A stretch of DNA of 42,016 nt. Source: a virus. Taxonomy: Duplodnaviria > Heunggongvirae > Uroviricota > Caudoviricetes. Shown here in pieces: positions 29,275 through 39,140 of this stretch. Every line of letters starts with the position of its first letter. Within the stretch, counting starts at the first letter, position 1. A program made the translations under genes and the position numbers. Location of the stretch: positions 1 to 42,016 of IMG/VR virus record IMGVR_UViG_2778261180_000002, one strand, 5' to 3'. The notes below the pieces were generated by a model. The model saw only the letters and a list, made by a program, of their open reading frames with translations. It had not been told where the DNA came from and searched no databases.

Positions 29275-31281
29275 ATGAACGCTGAAACTATTAAAGATTT
29301 CCTCGTCTCGCTTGGCTTCAGTGTGGATGATGCAGGAGCGAAAAAGTTCGGTTCTGTCCTCGCCGGTACAACTGCAAATGTCATCAAAATGGGGCTGGCT
29401 GTTGAAGGAGCTGCGCTGTCCGTGGTGGCCTTCACGGCTAAGATCGCCTCCGGCCTGGATAATCTTTACTGGGCGTCACAGCGCACCGGCGCGACGGTCC
29501 AGGGAATTCAGTCTATTGGCTATGCGGTTTCGCAGGTTGGCGGCAGTGTGGACGCTGCGCGATCTTCTCTGGAAAGCCTCTCCCGGTTTATTCGTAACAA
29601 TCCCGGAGCAGAAGGCTTTCTGAATCGCCTGGGCGTACAGACCCGTGATGCCAGCGGTAACATGCGTGACATGGCTGCTATCTTTACGGGCGTTGGACAG
29701 AAACTCAGCAGCATGCCGTATTACCGGGCTAACCAGTATGCGCAGATGCTGGGCATTGACGAAAATACCCTGATGGCTATGCGTCGCGGAGTGGGGCAGT
29801 TCAGCGCTCAGTATTCAGAAATGGTGAAAGCGATCGGATTTAATGCCGATCAGGCTGCCTTATCGTCAAACCGGTTTATGACCTCGCTGAAATCGCTCGG
29901 TGAAATGGCCGGGATGGCGCGGGACAAAATCGGATCGAATCTTGCGGACGGACTGGCGGGGCAGATTGATAACCTGCGCAAAAAGATAATTGAAAATTTT
30001 CCCAAAATTGAAGTCACCATCACAAAGGTCATAAAGGGGATCCTCTGGCTGGGTGAGATAGTCGGGCGGGTAGCATTTCGGATAGTCGATGGTGTCGGAG
30101 ATATCATCGAGTGGTGGGGGAAACTGGATGCCGAAACGAAAACCCTGATAGAGGTTATCGGCGGTCTGGTTGTCGCCATGCGGATACTTAACTCTACTTT
30201 CTGGATGTCACCTATAGGGCTGATTACCGGTCTGATCGTGGCTCTCGGTCTCTTGTGGGAAGACTACAAAACATGGAAAGAAGGCGGTAACAGTCTTATC
30301 GACTGGGAAAAATGGCAACCGGCAATAGATAAAGCGAAGGATGCGATCACCTGGCTTCGTGATCACCTTCTGGAACTAAAAGATGGTGTTGGCGGCTGGC
30401 AAAATGCACTGGAAATCCTCGGTACATTCATCGCGGGTGTCTGGGTATCCAAGGTTCTGGGGGCTTTCGGAAAAATATCAGGTTTACCGGTCCCACCCTG
30501 GCTTAAATTGTGGGCGCTTTACGCGGGCTATATTGTTAGTGACAGAGAAAATATTGCTGATAGCGCAAAATCTTCACTGAGGTATACGAAGCGAATTATC
30601 GGCGACACGCTGGCTGCTATTGGTATAAAAACAGATATCGGACGCAGGGATGTCAGTGAGGTCCGTGAATGGCCTGCGTGGATGGACTGGTTGCACGGGG
30701 GACCCGGTAAAGTTATCCGGCAGGGACAGAGTAACGGTGTAGTGCATGGCTCCAATGTCCAGCCCGACATCCCCGGCGGCGGCACTCTTGCTGATCGCAA
30801 CAATAACCCCGGGAACATTCGCCCGGTGAGCGGTAAAGGGTTCCGTTTTTTCGAATCAGCGCTTGAGGGCTGGGAGGCGATGAAAAACCAGCTCATGCGT
30901 TACTTTACCGGGAAAACAACCGGACGGGCATTACAGACTATTCAGGATATTGTCAGTACCTGGGCCCCGGCAGGTGATAACAACGATCCGAAAAAGTATG
31001 CACAGGATGTTGCGAAATGGATGGGAGTATCACCGAATGCAATATTGAATCTTACAGATCCCCGGACTATGGGAGCATTGATGCAGTCGATGGCGCGCAA
31101 AGAAGGTTATTCAAACTGGAACAGCCCGCTGGCGTATAAGGTCGCCGCTGGCAGCCTTAACCAGCAGACTGTTATAAATGTTCATGGAGTTAACAACCCT
31201 CAGGAGGCGGCTAATCTGATCGCTGACAAGCAGGGGGCTGTAAATGCCAGGGCGGTACAGCAATTGAAAGGACCTGCGTAA
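29275..31281 (+). CDS. tail tape measure protein
   Basis: About 668 aa, helix-rich with hydrophobic central segment. ATG 29275 preceded by GGAGAGAGG. Follows chaperone. Confidence 0.75.
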   Translation: MNAETIKDFLVSLGFSVDDAGAKKFGSVLAGTTANVIKMGLAVEGAALSVVAFTAKIASGLDNLYWASQRTGATVQGIQSIGYAVSQVGGSVDAARSSLESLSRFIRNNPGAEGFLNRLGVQTRDASGNMRDMAAIFTGVGQKLSSMPYYRANQYAQMLGIDENTLMAMRRGVGQFSAQYSEMVKAIGFNADQAALSSNRFMTSLKSLGEMAGMARDKIGSNLADGLAGQIDNLRKKIIENFPKIEVTITKVIKGILWLGEIVGRVAFRIVDGVGDIIEWWGKLDAETKTLIEVIGGLVVAMRILNSTFWMSPIGLITGLIVALGLLWEDYKTWKEGGNSLIDWEKWQPAIDKAKDAITWLRDHLLELKDGVGGWQNALEILGTFIAGVWVSKVLGAFGKISGLPVPPWLKLWALYAGYIVSDRENIADSAKSSLRYTKRIIGDTLAAIGIKTDIGRRDVSEVREWPAWMDWLHGGPGKVIRQGQSNGVVHGSNVQPDIPGGGTLADRNNNPGNIRPVSGKGFRFFESALEGWEAMKNQLMRYFTGKTTGRALQTIQDIVSTWAPAGDNNDPKKYAQDVAKWMGVSPNAILNLTDPRTMGALMQSMARKEGYSNWNSPLAYKVAAGSLNQQTVINVHGVNNPQEAANLIADKQGAVNARAVQQLKGPA

Positions 31282-31931
31282 TGGACTTTTTATCTGTTTT
31301 ACTGCAGCAGCGAACCCGCTCAATAGGAATCATTATTCCTGATGTGGTTATTACCGAAAAGCACACTGACGCCCTGGAAATTACGGAACATCCTGTTGAA
31401 CAGCCCACGAATGCTGGTGCCAGTGGTGAGGGCGCTGGTTATATATCAGAACACGCATTCAGGCGCCCTTCTGAGGTTGTGATGGAAACCGGTTTTTCCG
31501 GAGGCGGATCGCTGCTTGATTTTGCCAGTAACCTGACGGCTACCAGTTTACTGGGGCTGAGCCCGAAAGAACTGTATCAGGAACTGCTTAACCTGCAGCG
31601 GAATCGTATTCCTTTCGATGTGACAACCGGCAAGCGTATTTACAACAATATGTTGATAAAAACGCTGGAGGTCACGACCGATAAGAGTAGTGAAAATGTG
31701 CTTCTGGCGACGCTTACCCTCAGGGAAGTAATTATTACCTCCACGCAGTCAGTCAGGGTTGCCCCGAAAAACAATATGACCGAGGGAGTCGGAACGTCTG
31801 CTGTGCAGAATACAGGCACCAAAACAACCGTGTCACCGAATAATTCCATTCTGAAATCGCTGCCACAGATGGCGCAAGAAGGTATCTCCACTGTTGATGG
31901 GTATTTGAGCAATTTATTTCTGGGAAGATGA
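31281..31931 (+). CDS. tail/baseplate assembly protein (hypothetical)
   Basis: 216-aa ORF, TAATG overlap with tape measure. Confidence 0.45.
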   Translation: MDFLSVLLQQRTRSIGIIIPDVVITEKHTDALEITEHPVEQPTNAGASGEGAGYISEHAFRRPSEVVMETGFSGGGSLLDFASNLTATSLLGLSPKELYQELLNLQRNRIPFDVTTGKRIYNNMLIKTLEVTTDKSSENVLLATLTLREVIITSTQSVRVAPKNNMTEGVGTSAVQNTGTKTTVSPNNSILKSLPQMAQEGISTVDGYLSNLFLGR

Positions 31932-31934
31932 TTC

Positions 31935-32237
31935 ATGAAAGCCGTAGAAATCCCACTGGTTGCTGACAATCAGACTTTTGCCACCACAATTAACGGTTCG
32001 GTTTATCACCTGTCTGTCATCTGGCGAGGAGAGTACTGGGTTCTGGATCTTGCTGACAGCAATGGTTCCGCCATTATATCAGGTATACCGATGATTACGG
32101 GGGCTGACCTGCTGGCACAGTATCGATATATGGATCTGGGTTTTTCTCTGGTGGTGCTTTGCGACGTGGCAGGGCCGGAGAATCCGACGCAATTCGATCT
32201 TGGAACGCTCTCACACCTCTATGTTTTCACGGAGTAA
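31935..32237 (+). CDS. hypothetical tail protein
   Basis: 100-aa ORF in the tail operon. Confidence 0.45.
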   Translation: MKAVEIPLVADNQTFATTINGSVYHLSVIWRGEYWVLDLADSNGSAIISGIPMITGADLLAQYRYMDLGFSLVVLCDVAGPENPTQFDLGTLSHLYVFTE

Positions 32238-32239
32238 CA

Positions 32240-33271
32240 ATGTCGAAAAACTGGATGCGTCACTTTGAATTATTGCTTGTTGATGATAAGGGCGACGGGA
32301 TAAAAATTTCTGAGCTTAAAGTCACTTTCAATATTCAGAAAATGCCTGCGACCATATTTAATGGATTCGTTGGGAATTTTAAGGTTTATAACCTGTCCCC
32401 TACCACTCAGAACCGGATTATGCAGAAGGAGTTTTCGCGTATACAGGTTATTGCCGGATACAAGGGGCAACCGGATGCAGCAGGTAATTATCCTGATGAA
32501 AACGTTGGCATGATATTCAATGGAGATATCCGTTTTACTGTCACTGGTAAAGATAATGCCACAGACAGTTGGATCATATTGCAGTGTATTGACAGCTGGG
32601 AAGGCCACCTGAACGCAAGTGTGAAAACCACAGTGGCAGCTGGCTGGAAGTACAGCGATCTTTTCAGTCTGGGTATGAAATCATTCGAACCATATGGCAT
32701 CGAATCCGGCGCAGTTCCTGACATGCCTGAAACGGTATTTCCCCGAGGCCGCGTTGTTTATCAAAACACATCAAGGTTGATGAATCATATCGCAGGGCAG
32801 TGTAAAGCTAACTGGTGGTATGAAAATAATCTGGTAAATATTGTTCCTGAAGATAAATATATTGGTGTTGCTACGGTGTTGAATGCTAACACCGGGCTTA
32901 TCGGTATGCCACAGCAGACGATGGGAGCTGGCGTAAATGTCAGATGTCTGATTAATCCAAATATTAAGCTGGGTGGACTTATTCGTCTGGATCAGGCATC
33001 CGTATACCGTGCCTCTTTGAGTAATGACCAGGTAGCGAAATCGCCAGCACGACTGGATGAGTCTGAAAGCGACGGTAATCTCTACGTTAACGGTCTGCCA
33101 GGCATGTCACAGCCTGCCAGTATTAATACTGACGGTGATTACATTGTGGGCAGCATTGATTATACTGGCGACACCCGAGGGCAGGCGTGGTATATGGACC
33201 TGCTTTGCCTGGCTAAAGGTGGCAAAGAATTGCTTAACTCGAAAGGGATTGATGCGGCGAAATACACATGA
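32240..33271 (+). CDS. baseplate hub-like protein (putative)
   Basis: ATG 32240 with GGAG upstream; the track's extension from 32159 overlaps the upstream gene. Position before the spike/baseplate genes. Confidence 0.5.
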   Translation: MSKNWMRHFELLLVDDKGDGIKISELKVTFNIQKMPATIFNGFVGNFKVYNLSPTTQNRIMQKEFSRIQVIAGYKGQPDAAGNYPDENVGMIFNGDIRFTVTGKDNATDSWIILQCIDSWEGHLNASVKTTVAAGWKYSDLFSLGMKSFEPYGIESGAVPDMPETVFPRGRVVYQNTSRLMNHIAGQCKANWWYENNLVNIVPEDKYIGVATVLNANTGLIGMPQQTMGAGVNVRCLINPNIKLGGLIRLDQASVYRASLSNDQVAKSPARLDESESDGNLYVNGLPGMSQPASINTDGDYIVGSIDYTGDTRGQAWYMDLLCLAKGGKELLNSKGIDAAKYT

Positions 33272-33603
33272 AAAGACCATTGTTGACAGTTTTACTTGTC
33301 TGTATCTCCTTCATTTCCTTTGCTGATACCGGTTGCGGACCATTTACGATCAACTGGAAAGCGCAAGACGGACTTGCAAGGATTAATGGACAGAAACCGG
33401 AGACACAGAAAATCATCTTTCTCAAACAGGAAGGTGATTATGACAATGTGAACATCCAATGGATGATTCCGGGTAATGGGCGTTGGTTAGGGATGGATTT
33501 TGTGGCCAGAAATGGCAAGCCGATCCTCAATGTTGAAGTTATCCGCAAAAATATGGACGACCCTCGGGAGTTCTGGACGTATGATTGCCGGAAGGTGAAG
33601 TGA
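33268..33603 (+). CDS. small secreted protein with cleavable signal peptide
   Basis: 111 aa. N-terminal MKRPLLTVLLVCISFISFA signal-like segment. ATGA overlap with the preceding baseplate gene. Confidence 0.5.
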   Translation: MKRPLLTVLLVCISFISFADTGCGPFTINWKAQDGLARINGQKPETQKIIFLKQEGDYDNVNIQWMIPGNGRWLGMDFVARNGKPILNVEVIRKNMDDPREFWTYDCRKVK

Positions 33604-33759
33604 ATTACATTGGCGTCCAGCTGCTGCAGAACAGCATGGACGCGCCGAAAATCATCGGCTCTTTCCCGTGTAAGAAAGTCGCTGGGGGACCAGTGTATAT
33701 CCTGCCAGGTTGATGATCTTAAAGTGGTGAGTTAGGATTTCTTGAAAGGGAGATTTAAC

Positions 33760-34512
33760 ATGTCATCAGCCTCACCGAAACTCATCACAGACCAGCTATT
33801 CGAAAGGTTATTCCCATCGCTTGAGCAGGGAGAGAATCTCTTGGGTGAGTTTGAAGTTTTTAGCATCATTCGTGATGCTAAAAAAATACCCGTAGAAGAT
33901 GAATCTCTTACTATTCAGGGCATGGGATGGATTGTTCTTGGGGATGTTGAGAAAGGTTCAGAATTATGTGAACGAGCCTTATCAATTAACTCATCGGAGT
34001 CAGCTATTTGGATAAATTATGCTGTAGCTCTTGGACAAAAAGGCCTGTACACCAAACAGCGGAACATTTTAAAGCGTGGAGCCGACATGCTTCTTCCCTC
34101 ATTGATGATGTTTGATTTTATCACATCCTCTTTTTGGGCTGATCATGAAGAGATGAAGCGAGTTAAAAAATTGTTTAAGAGCTTGGGTGATATTGAACTA
34201 AGCGATAAACAAAAAGGTGATTATATGGGTGCGGAGGTGATATACGACACGTTAGAAAAACTTCCTATATCTGAGAGGGGTAAATTGTCTGGCATGGCCG
34301 CTTTGGCAATGCAGATATTAGAAAGTAATGGTGTTAGAGCCAGAAATTGTGGGCAGTATGTATCCCCGGATGGAATGCTTTCATTTAATTATGACGTAAC
34401 GGGTGCTACACCAGATTTAATCGTAAAATTAAATGATGAGCTGGCCTCAAAAATAGTTGAGAATGACTTGTTTGATGCCGATTCTATAGTGCTATTTACT
34501 CCAGGGGGGTAA
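33760..34512 (+). CDS. hypothetical protein, first gene of AT-rich two-gene cargo module
   Basis: ATG 33760 with AAGGGAG 8 nt upstream (track start is a TTG at 33742). 250 aa, no recognisable domain. Visibly AT-rich relative to flanking tail genes. Confidence 0.6.
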   Translation: MSSASPKLITDQLFERLFPSLEQGENLLGEFEVFSIIRDAKKIPVEDESLTIQGMGWIVLGDVEKGSELCERALSINSSESAIWINYAVALGQKGLYTKQRNILKRGADMLLPSLMMFDFITSSFWADHEEMKRVKKLFKSLGDIELSDKQKGDYMGAEVIYDTLEKLPISERGKLSGMAALAMQILESNGVRARNCGQYVSPDGMLSFNYDVTGATPDLIVKLNDELASKIVENDLFDADSIVLFTPGG

Positions 34513-34513
34513 T

Positions 34514-34924
34514 GTGTCAATTGAAATATATGAATTCATAAAAATTGCCAAGAAAAATATTTCTGACGACTCTGGTGAGATTGGAGTAAGGACTGCGGTT
34601 AGTCGTGGTTATTATGCCATGTACCATGCTTGTTTAAGCCTTAGCGGTCCGGTACCAAGACAACATCCACTTAATGGCTCTTTTAAAGGCGGGACTCACT
34701 CACGCCTTGCCCAATACATGACTGAATGTTCAAAATTGATATCCTCTACAAATGATTTGGAAGTTCGCAAGCTAGGCGTAAAATTGAAGATGTATCATAA
34801 ATATCGCTGTGATGCTGATTATGAACTAAACAAAACTATTGATGGAAAGTATGCGGAAATTGTAATTGCAGAGGCTGAAAATATTGCTGAGAGTGTGCGA
34901 TTAGTTAGATCATCTGCTGCTTAG
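34514..34924 (+). CDS. HEPN-like domain protein, second gene of cargo module
   Basis: 136 aa from GTG 34514, 1 nt after the upstream TAA, with GGGGGG upstream. Motifs SRGYYAMYHACLSL and YRCDADYE resemble the classic HEPN (PF05168-type) pattern. Confidence 0.55.
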   Translation: MSIEIYEFIKIAKKNISDDSGEIGVRTAVSRGYYAMYHACLSLSGPVPRQHPLNGSFKGGTHSRLAQYMTECSKLISSTNDLEVRKLGVKLKMYHKYRCDADYELNKTIDGKYAEIVIAEAENIAESVRLVRSSAA

Positions 34925-34941
34925 TATCATTTAAATGAATG

Positions 34942-34966
34942 AACCCGCCATCCGGCGGGTTTTTTG
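34942..34966 (+). terminator. rho-independent terminator ending the cargo module
   Basis: Perfect 8-bp stem AACCCGCC/GGCGGGTT, loop ATCC, then TTTTTT. Followed directly by the ribosome-binding site of the next baseplate gene. Confidence 0.8.
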
Positions 34967-34984
34967 CTTTCTGGAGACATATGA

Positions 34985-35737
34985 ATGCCCGTTTCTTTAA
35001 GCGCTCAACTTGGTAGCAAAGAACAGGCCGATGTAAGACTTGCTGGCTCTGTCATGTCGGCGCTGCGTGTTTCTATGCCAGGCATCGTCCAGTCATTTGA
35101 TCCGGACACGGTAACAGTGGTTGTTCAACCTGCGATTAAAGGCTATGAGCCGGACTCAAATGGAATCAACCAGTCGACGACATTACCCTTGCTGGTGGAT
35201 GTGCCAGTGGTATTCCCGCGCGGCGGAGGCTGTACGTTGACTTTTCCGGTAAAAGCCGGTGATGAGTGTTTGGTGATTTTTGCCGATCGTTGTATTGATT
35301 TCTGGTGGCAGAGTGGCGGGATACAGGAGCCTGTTGATGACAGAATGCATGATTTATCGGATGCGTTTTGTATTGTCGGTCCCCAGTCGCAGGCTAGGAA
35401 GATTAGCGGTATTAATACCAGTGCCACACAGTTGCGTAGTGACGACGGCAGTACCTATTTTGAGCTTAATCCTGATACCAGGAAAATTAAAATTGTCGCT
35501 CCGGGGGGTCTTGATGTGGTTGCCCCCCTGGCTGATTTTTCTGAGAAAGTAACCATTCATGGCCTGTTAACCTGGATGGGTGGCATGGTGGGGTCTGTTG
35601 TTTCTGGTGTGGCTTCAAAAATCACTGGTGCTGTTGAGTTTTTGGGTAGCGTGAAGGCTAACGGCAAGCCAATCGATGATACGCACACTCATGGCGGTGT
35701 TCAGCGCGGTGGAAGCAATACCGACGGAGTAAACTGA
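34985..35737 (+). CDS. baseplate spike / assembly protein V-like
   Basis: 250 aa. GGAGA 7 nt upstream of ATG 34985. N-terminal region resembles Mu gp45/P2 gpV-type proteins as recalled. Confidence 0.65.
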   Translation: MPVSLSAQLGSKEQADVRLAGSVMSALRVSMPGIVQSFDPDTVTVVVQPAIKGYEPDSNGINQSTTLPLLVDVPVVFPRGGGCTLTFPVKAGDECLVIFADRCIDFWWQSGGIQEPVDDRMHDLSDAFCIVGPQSQARKISGINTSATQLRSDDGSTYFELNPDTRKIKIVAPGGLDVVAPLADFSEKVTIHGLLTWMGGMVGSVVSGVASKITGAVEFLGSVKANGKPIDDTHTHGGVQRGGSNTDGVN

Positions 35738-36090
35738 TGCGATACAGACGTGAAGACGCCGATGGCGATTACACCTTTGGCAGCGGTGATGACACCTGGC
35801 TGATTAACTCACCGGAGGCCGTGGCGCAGGCGGTAAAAACGCGATTCGAATTGTGGTATGGGCAATGGTTTCTCGACACCACCGAAGGGACTCCGTGGAT
35901 CCAGTCCGTGCTCGGTAAGCAGAAGCCGGAAACCTACAACCTAGCGATCCGTAAGCGCATCCTCGAAACGCGGGGTGTTAAATCAATCCTCTCTTTCAAT
36001 ACGACGGTGGATACCACGACCCGACGTGTCATGTTTTCCGCTGAAGTCGACACTCTTTATGGAATAACTACTGTTACATCGGAGGCGTAA
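35737..36090 (+). CDS. baseplate protein (gpW / Mu gp46-like)
   Basis: 117 aa, TGATG overlap with upstream gene; size and position typical. Confidence 0.5.
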   Translation: MRYRREDADGDYTFGSGDDTWLINSPEAVAQAVKTRFELWYGQWFLDTTEGTPWIQSVLGKQKPETYNLAIRKRILETRGVKSILSFNTTVDTTTRRVMFSAEVDTLYGITTVTSEA

Positions 36091-37289
36091 TGGCTCTGAA
36101 CCTTGATTCTCTCGGTTTATCTGCAAAGGTAACCGCGGAGGGGATCAGTGCGCCTGATTATCAGACGATACTCAGCACCCTGATTAGCTATTTTCAGCAG
36201 ATTTATGGCAGAGATGCCTACCTCGAACCGGACAGCAAAGACGGCCAGATGGTGGCTCTGATGGCGCTGGCGATTCATGATGCCAATAATACTGCGATAA
36301 CTGTCTACAACTGTTTTTCACCGGCAACCGGCTATGGGGCTGCGCTGACCAGTAACGTGAAAATAAATGGTATTTCACGTAAAGGCGCGACGAATTCTAC
36401 GGTTGATTTGCTTCTTACAGGAACTGCCGGAACAACCATCATTAATGGCAGCGTGAAAGATGGTAATAATGTGATATGGCGTTTGCCTGCTTCAGTGGTG
36501 GTTGGCGTGGATGGTACAGTGATGGTGACCGCAAAATGTTCCGTCAGTGGTGCAGTGGCGGCGCTGGCTGGAACTATCACTGAAATTAATACGCCAACCC
36601 GTGGCTGGGTTTCGGTAACCAATCCTGCTGCAGCTACTGTAGGCACTCCAGCAGAAACTGATGCGGAGTTACGTATCCGCCAGTCACAAAGTGTTGCGTT
36701 GCCATCAATAACCCCATTTGAAGCACTGGATGGTGCTGTTTCTAATGTTACCGGTGTAACCCGCCACAAACTCTATGAAAACGATACTGGTTCGGAGGAC
36801 GGTAACGGGTTACCGCCACACTCTGTTGCTGTAATTGTGGATGGCGGTGATGTGACGGATATTGCTCAGGCTATCAGAGGGAATAAAGGCCAGGGTACAG
36901 CCACTCACGGTACAACATCCGTTACGGTTCCGGATAAATACGGCAATCCCCATGTAATCAAATTCTCGCGTTCCAGTGATGTGCCTGTTTATGCCCGGAT
37001 TAAATTAAAAGTTTTTACGGGTTATACCTCACAGATAGGGCAGCAGATCCAGCAGGCTATTTCCGACTATATCAATAGTCTGACGATCGGTGATTCGGTC
37101 CTTTTAAGTCGCATTTACTCACCGGCGAATCTTGGCGTGGTGAGTGGCGGGAATGCACGCTATTACGATATTCAGGAACTGACGATTGGGAAATCCCCGG
37201 GGGCTTTGTCGTCATCAAACATTGATATCAGATACAACGAATCTGCGTCCTGTACCCCGGAAAATATCGTTATAACGGTGGAGTCATGA
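36090..37289 (+). CDS. baseplate J-like protein
   Basis: 399 aa; size and gene order V-W-J-I-fibre. Confidence 0.65.
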   Translation: MALNLDSLGLSAKVTAEGISAPDYQTILSTLISYFQQIYGRDAYLEPDSKDGQMVALMALAIHDANNTAITVYNCFSPATGYGAALTSNVKINGISRKGATNSTVDLLLTGTAGTTIINGSVKDGNNVIWRLPASVVVGVDGTVMVTAKCSVSGAVAALAGTITEINTPTRGWVSVTNPAAATVGTPAETDAELRIRQSQSVALPSITPFEALDGAVSNVTGVTRHKLYENDTGSEDGNGLPPHSVAVIVDGGDVTDIAQAIRGNKGQGTATHGTTSVTVPDKYGNPHVIKFSRSSDVPVYARIKLKVFTGYTSQIGQQIQQAISDYINSLTIGDSVLLSRIYSPANLGVVSGGNARYYDIQELTIGKSPGALSSSNIDIRYNESASCTPENIVITVES

Positions 37290-37966
37290 GCAAATACACC
37301 GAACTAATCACGAACTACCACGCCACCAAACCTAAATTTCTTGCGCATGTTGATCTGATGACCCGGCCACTTATTGATGTTGCGGCTGCCACCAGAGGGC
37401 TGATTACTGCATTTGATATTGACTCTGCGGTTGGTGTGCAACTTGACATTCTGGGATTGTGGATCGGACGTAGTCGTGTTGTCAGCCAGCCTATCTCAGG
37501 TGTCTATTTCAGCTGGGATACCGACGGGCTTGGATATGATCAAGGGGTATGGCAGGGACCATACGATCCTGATTCCGGATACATGTATCTCAGCGATGAA
37601 ACTTATCGTGTCATTCTTAAAGCGAAGATTGCGATTAATAACTGGGACGGACGGAATGATTCGCTTCCGGCAATCCTTGACGCTGCAACAGCAGGATCCG
37701 GACTGCGAATGCAGATTGTCGATAACCAGGACATGACGATATCGGTCTGGGTCTTTCCTGATACTGATATTTCAGATGTATCGCGTGAGTTAATTGCTGC
37801 AATTAAACAGGGATATCTCACAGTAAAAGCCGCCGGGGTGTGGGCGGGTGGAATTGAAACACCTTCGGTGGAAACCCCATCGGAAGGTTCAAAATTTTTT
37901 GGTTTTGATATGGATAACGAATTTATCAGTGGTTTTGATCTAGGGGCATGGGGAGTATTACTCTGA
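37286..37966 (+). CDS. baseplate/tail protein I-like (Mu gp48-like)
   Basis: 226 aa between J-like and tail-fibre genes. Confidence 0.55.
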   Translation: MSKYTELITNYHATKPKFLAHVDLMTRPLIDVAAATRGLITAFDIDSAVGVQLDILGLWIGRSRVVSQPISGVYFSWDTDGLGYDQGVWQGPYDPDSGYMYLSDETYRVILKAKIAINNWDGRNDSLPAILDAATAGSGLRMQIVDNQDMTISVWVFPDTDISDVSRELIAAIKQGYLTVKAAGVWAGGIETPSVETPSEGSKFFGFDMDNEFISGFDLGAWGVLL

Positions 37967-38676
37967 TGGCAAAAAATGACTTTAAAGCATTCGCAACGGG
38001 TAAAAATGCCAATGTTATGTCGCAGGAGGAATGGGAAGCGTTGCCTGCGCTTTTGTCTGGATTTACAGCAGGGAAAGCCTCCAGTGCGCAAGTCAATAAG
38101 GTTATTCGGCAGGCCAGCTTTATTGCTGCAGCTCTGGCCCAGTTTGTAAGCGATAAAACGCAACGGGATGTGCTTGATAATGGTGATCTGCCCGGTTTTG
38201 TTGAATTGCTGGGATCGGGGTTTGCTGTTGAATACCTGAGCCGCAAGAATCCGTTTGGTGATATCAAATCGGACGGCACGGTGAAAACGGCTCTCGAAAA
38301 CCTTGGTTTGGGAGAAGCGGCAAAACGGGATGTGGGAACAGGGGAAAATCAGATACCGGATATGGCTTCTTTTGCCAGTGGTGATGGATGGATGAAATTA
38401 CCCAACGGTAAAATCCTGCAATATGGTCGAGGTGCGGTTACGCCGACATTATCGACGCAAACAATGAGAATTACATTCAGCATCCCTTTCCCCAAAAAAG
38501 CGGACTGCGCCATGCTTACTCATTCTGGTGATGGCGGTGCGCCTTTAGGCGCTGGACGGGGATTCGTGATGACTGCAGAAGGTCCAACACTAACCGGTTT
38601 TAATTCCGCTTACAGAACTGCATCAACCAGCTCCACAGTATCGATGAATTACAGTTGGTGGGCTGTTGGTGAGTAA
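37966..38676 (+). CDS. tail fibre protein (constant N-terminus plus currently expressed variable C-terminus)
   Basis: ATG 37966 (TGATG overlap). Contains the left inversion site; shares the peptide LGLGE at the crossover with the inverted alternative cassette. Confidence 0.75.
   Translation: MAKNDFKAFATGKNANVMSQEEWEALPALLSGFTAGKASSAQVNKVIRQASFIAAALAQFVSDKTQRDVLDNGDLPGFVELLGSGFAVEYLSRKNPFGDIKSDGTVKTALENLGLGEAAKRDVGTGENQIPDMASFASGDGWMKLPNGKILQYGRGAVTPTLSTQTMRITFSIPFPKKADCAMLTHSGDGGAPLGAGRGFVMTAEGPTLTGFNSAYRTASTSSTVSMNYSWWAVGE
38291..38316. other. left inversion crossover site (hix/gix-like) inside tail-fibre gene
   Basis: CTCTCGAAAACC-TT-GGTTTGGGAGAA matches the recalled hix consensus TTCTTGAAAACC-AA-GGTTTTTGATAA at about 19 of 24 half-site positions. 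15-bp core TTGGTTTGGGAGAAG (38303-38317) is a perfect inverted repeat of 40202-40216. Confidence 0.7.
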
Positions 38677-38696
38677 TTTTATTCAGGGTGATTTAT

Positions 38697-39140
38697 ATGA
38701 ACGAATATGTTTATAGTGCAAGGCATAATGCTTTTTTCCCTGTGGATATGATTGATAAATATAAATCAGAGGGATGGGATTTATCAGATGCAAAGGAAGT
38801 AAATCAAAATATTATCAGTGAGTTTATGGCTGAACCGCCACAAGGAAAAATCCGTATTGCCGGAGATGATGGGCTGCCTGCGTGGGCAGATATTCCTCCA
38901 CCCACGCATGAAGAGCTTATTGAAATTACTGAATCAGAAAGACAGCTACTAATTAACCAGGCCAACGAATACATGAACAGTAAGCAATGGCCCGGTAAAG
39001 CCGCTATTGGTCGTCTGAAAGGTGAGGAACTGGCGCAATATAATTTGTGGCTGGATTATCTGGATGCACTGGAGCTGGTTGATACCTCCAGTGCGCCAGA
39101 TATTGAATGGCCTACGCCTCCGGCAGTTCAGGCCAGATGA
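38697..39140 (+). CDS. tail fibre assembly protein (Tfa)
   Basis: ATG 38697 (GTG 38688 alternative). C-terminal region typical of Tfa chaperones; follows the tail-fibre gene. Confidence 0.7.
   Translation: MNEYVYSARHNAFFPVDMIDKYKSEGWDLSDAKEVNQNIISEFMAEPPQGKIRIAGDDGLPAWADIPPPTHEELIEITESERQLLINQANEYMNSKQWPGKAAIGRLKGEELAQYNLWLDYLDALELVDTSSAPDIEWPTPPAVQAR

Noticed and set aside
29154-29435. 93-aa minus-strand ORF across the chaperone/tape-measure junction
   Set aside because: Antisense to the chaperone frameshift extension and tape-measure start; no start context. The interval is better explained by the plus-strand -1 frame.
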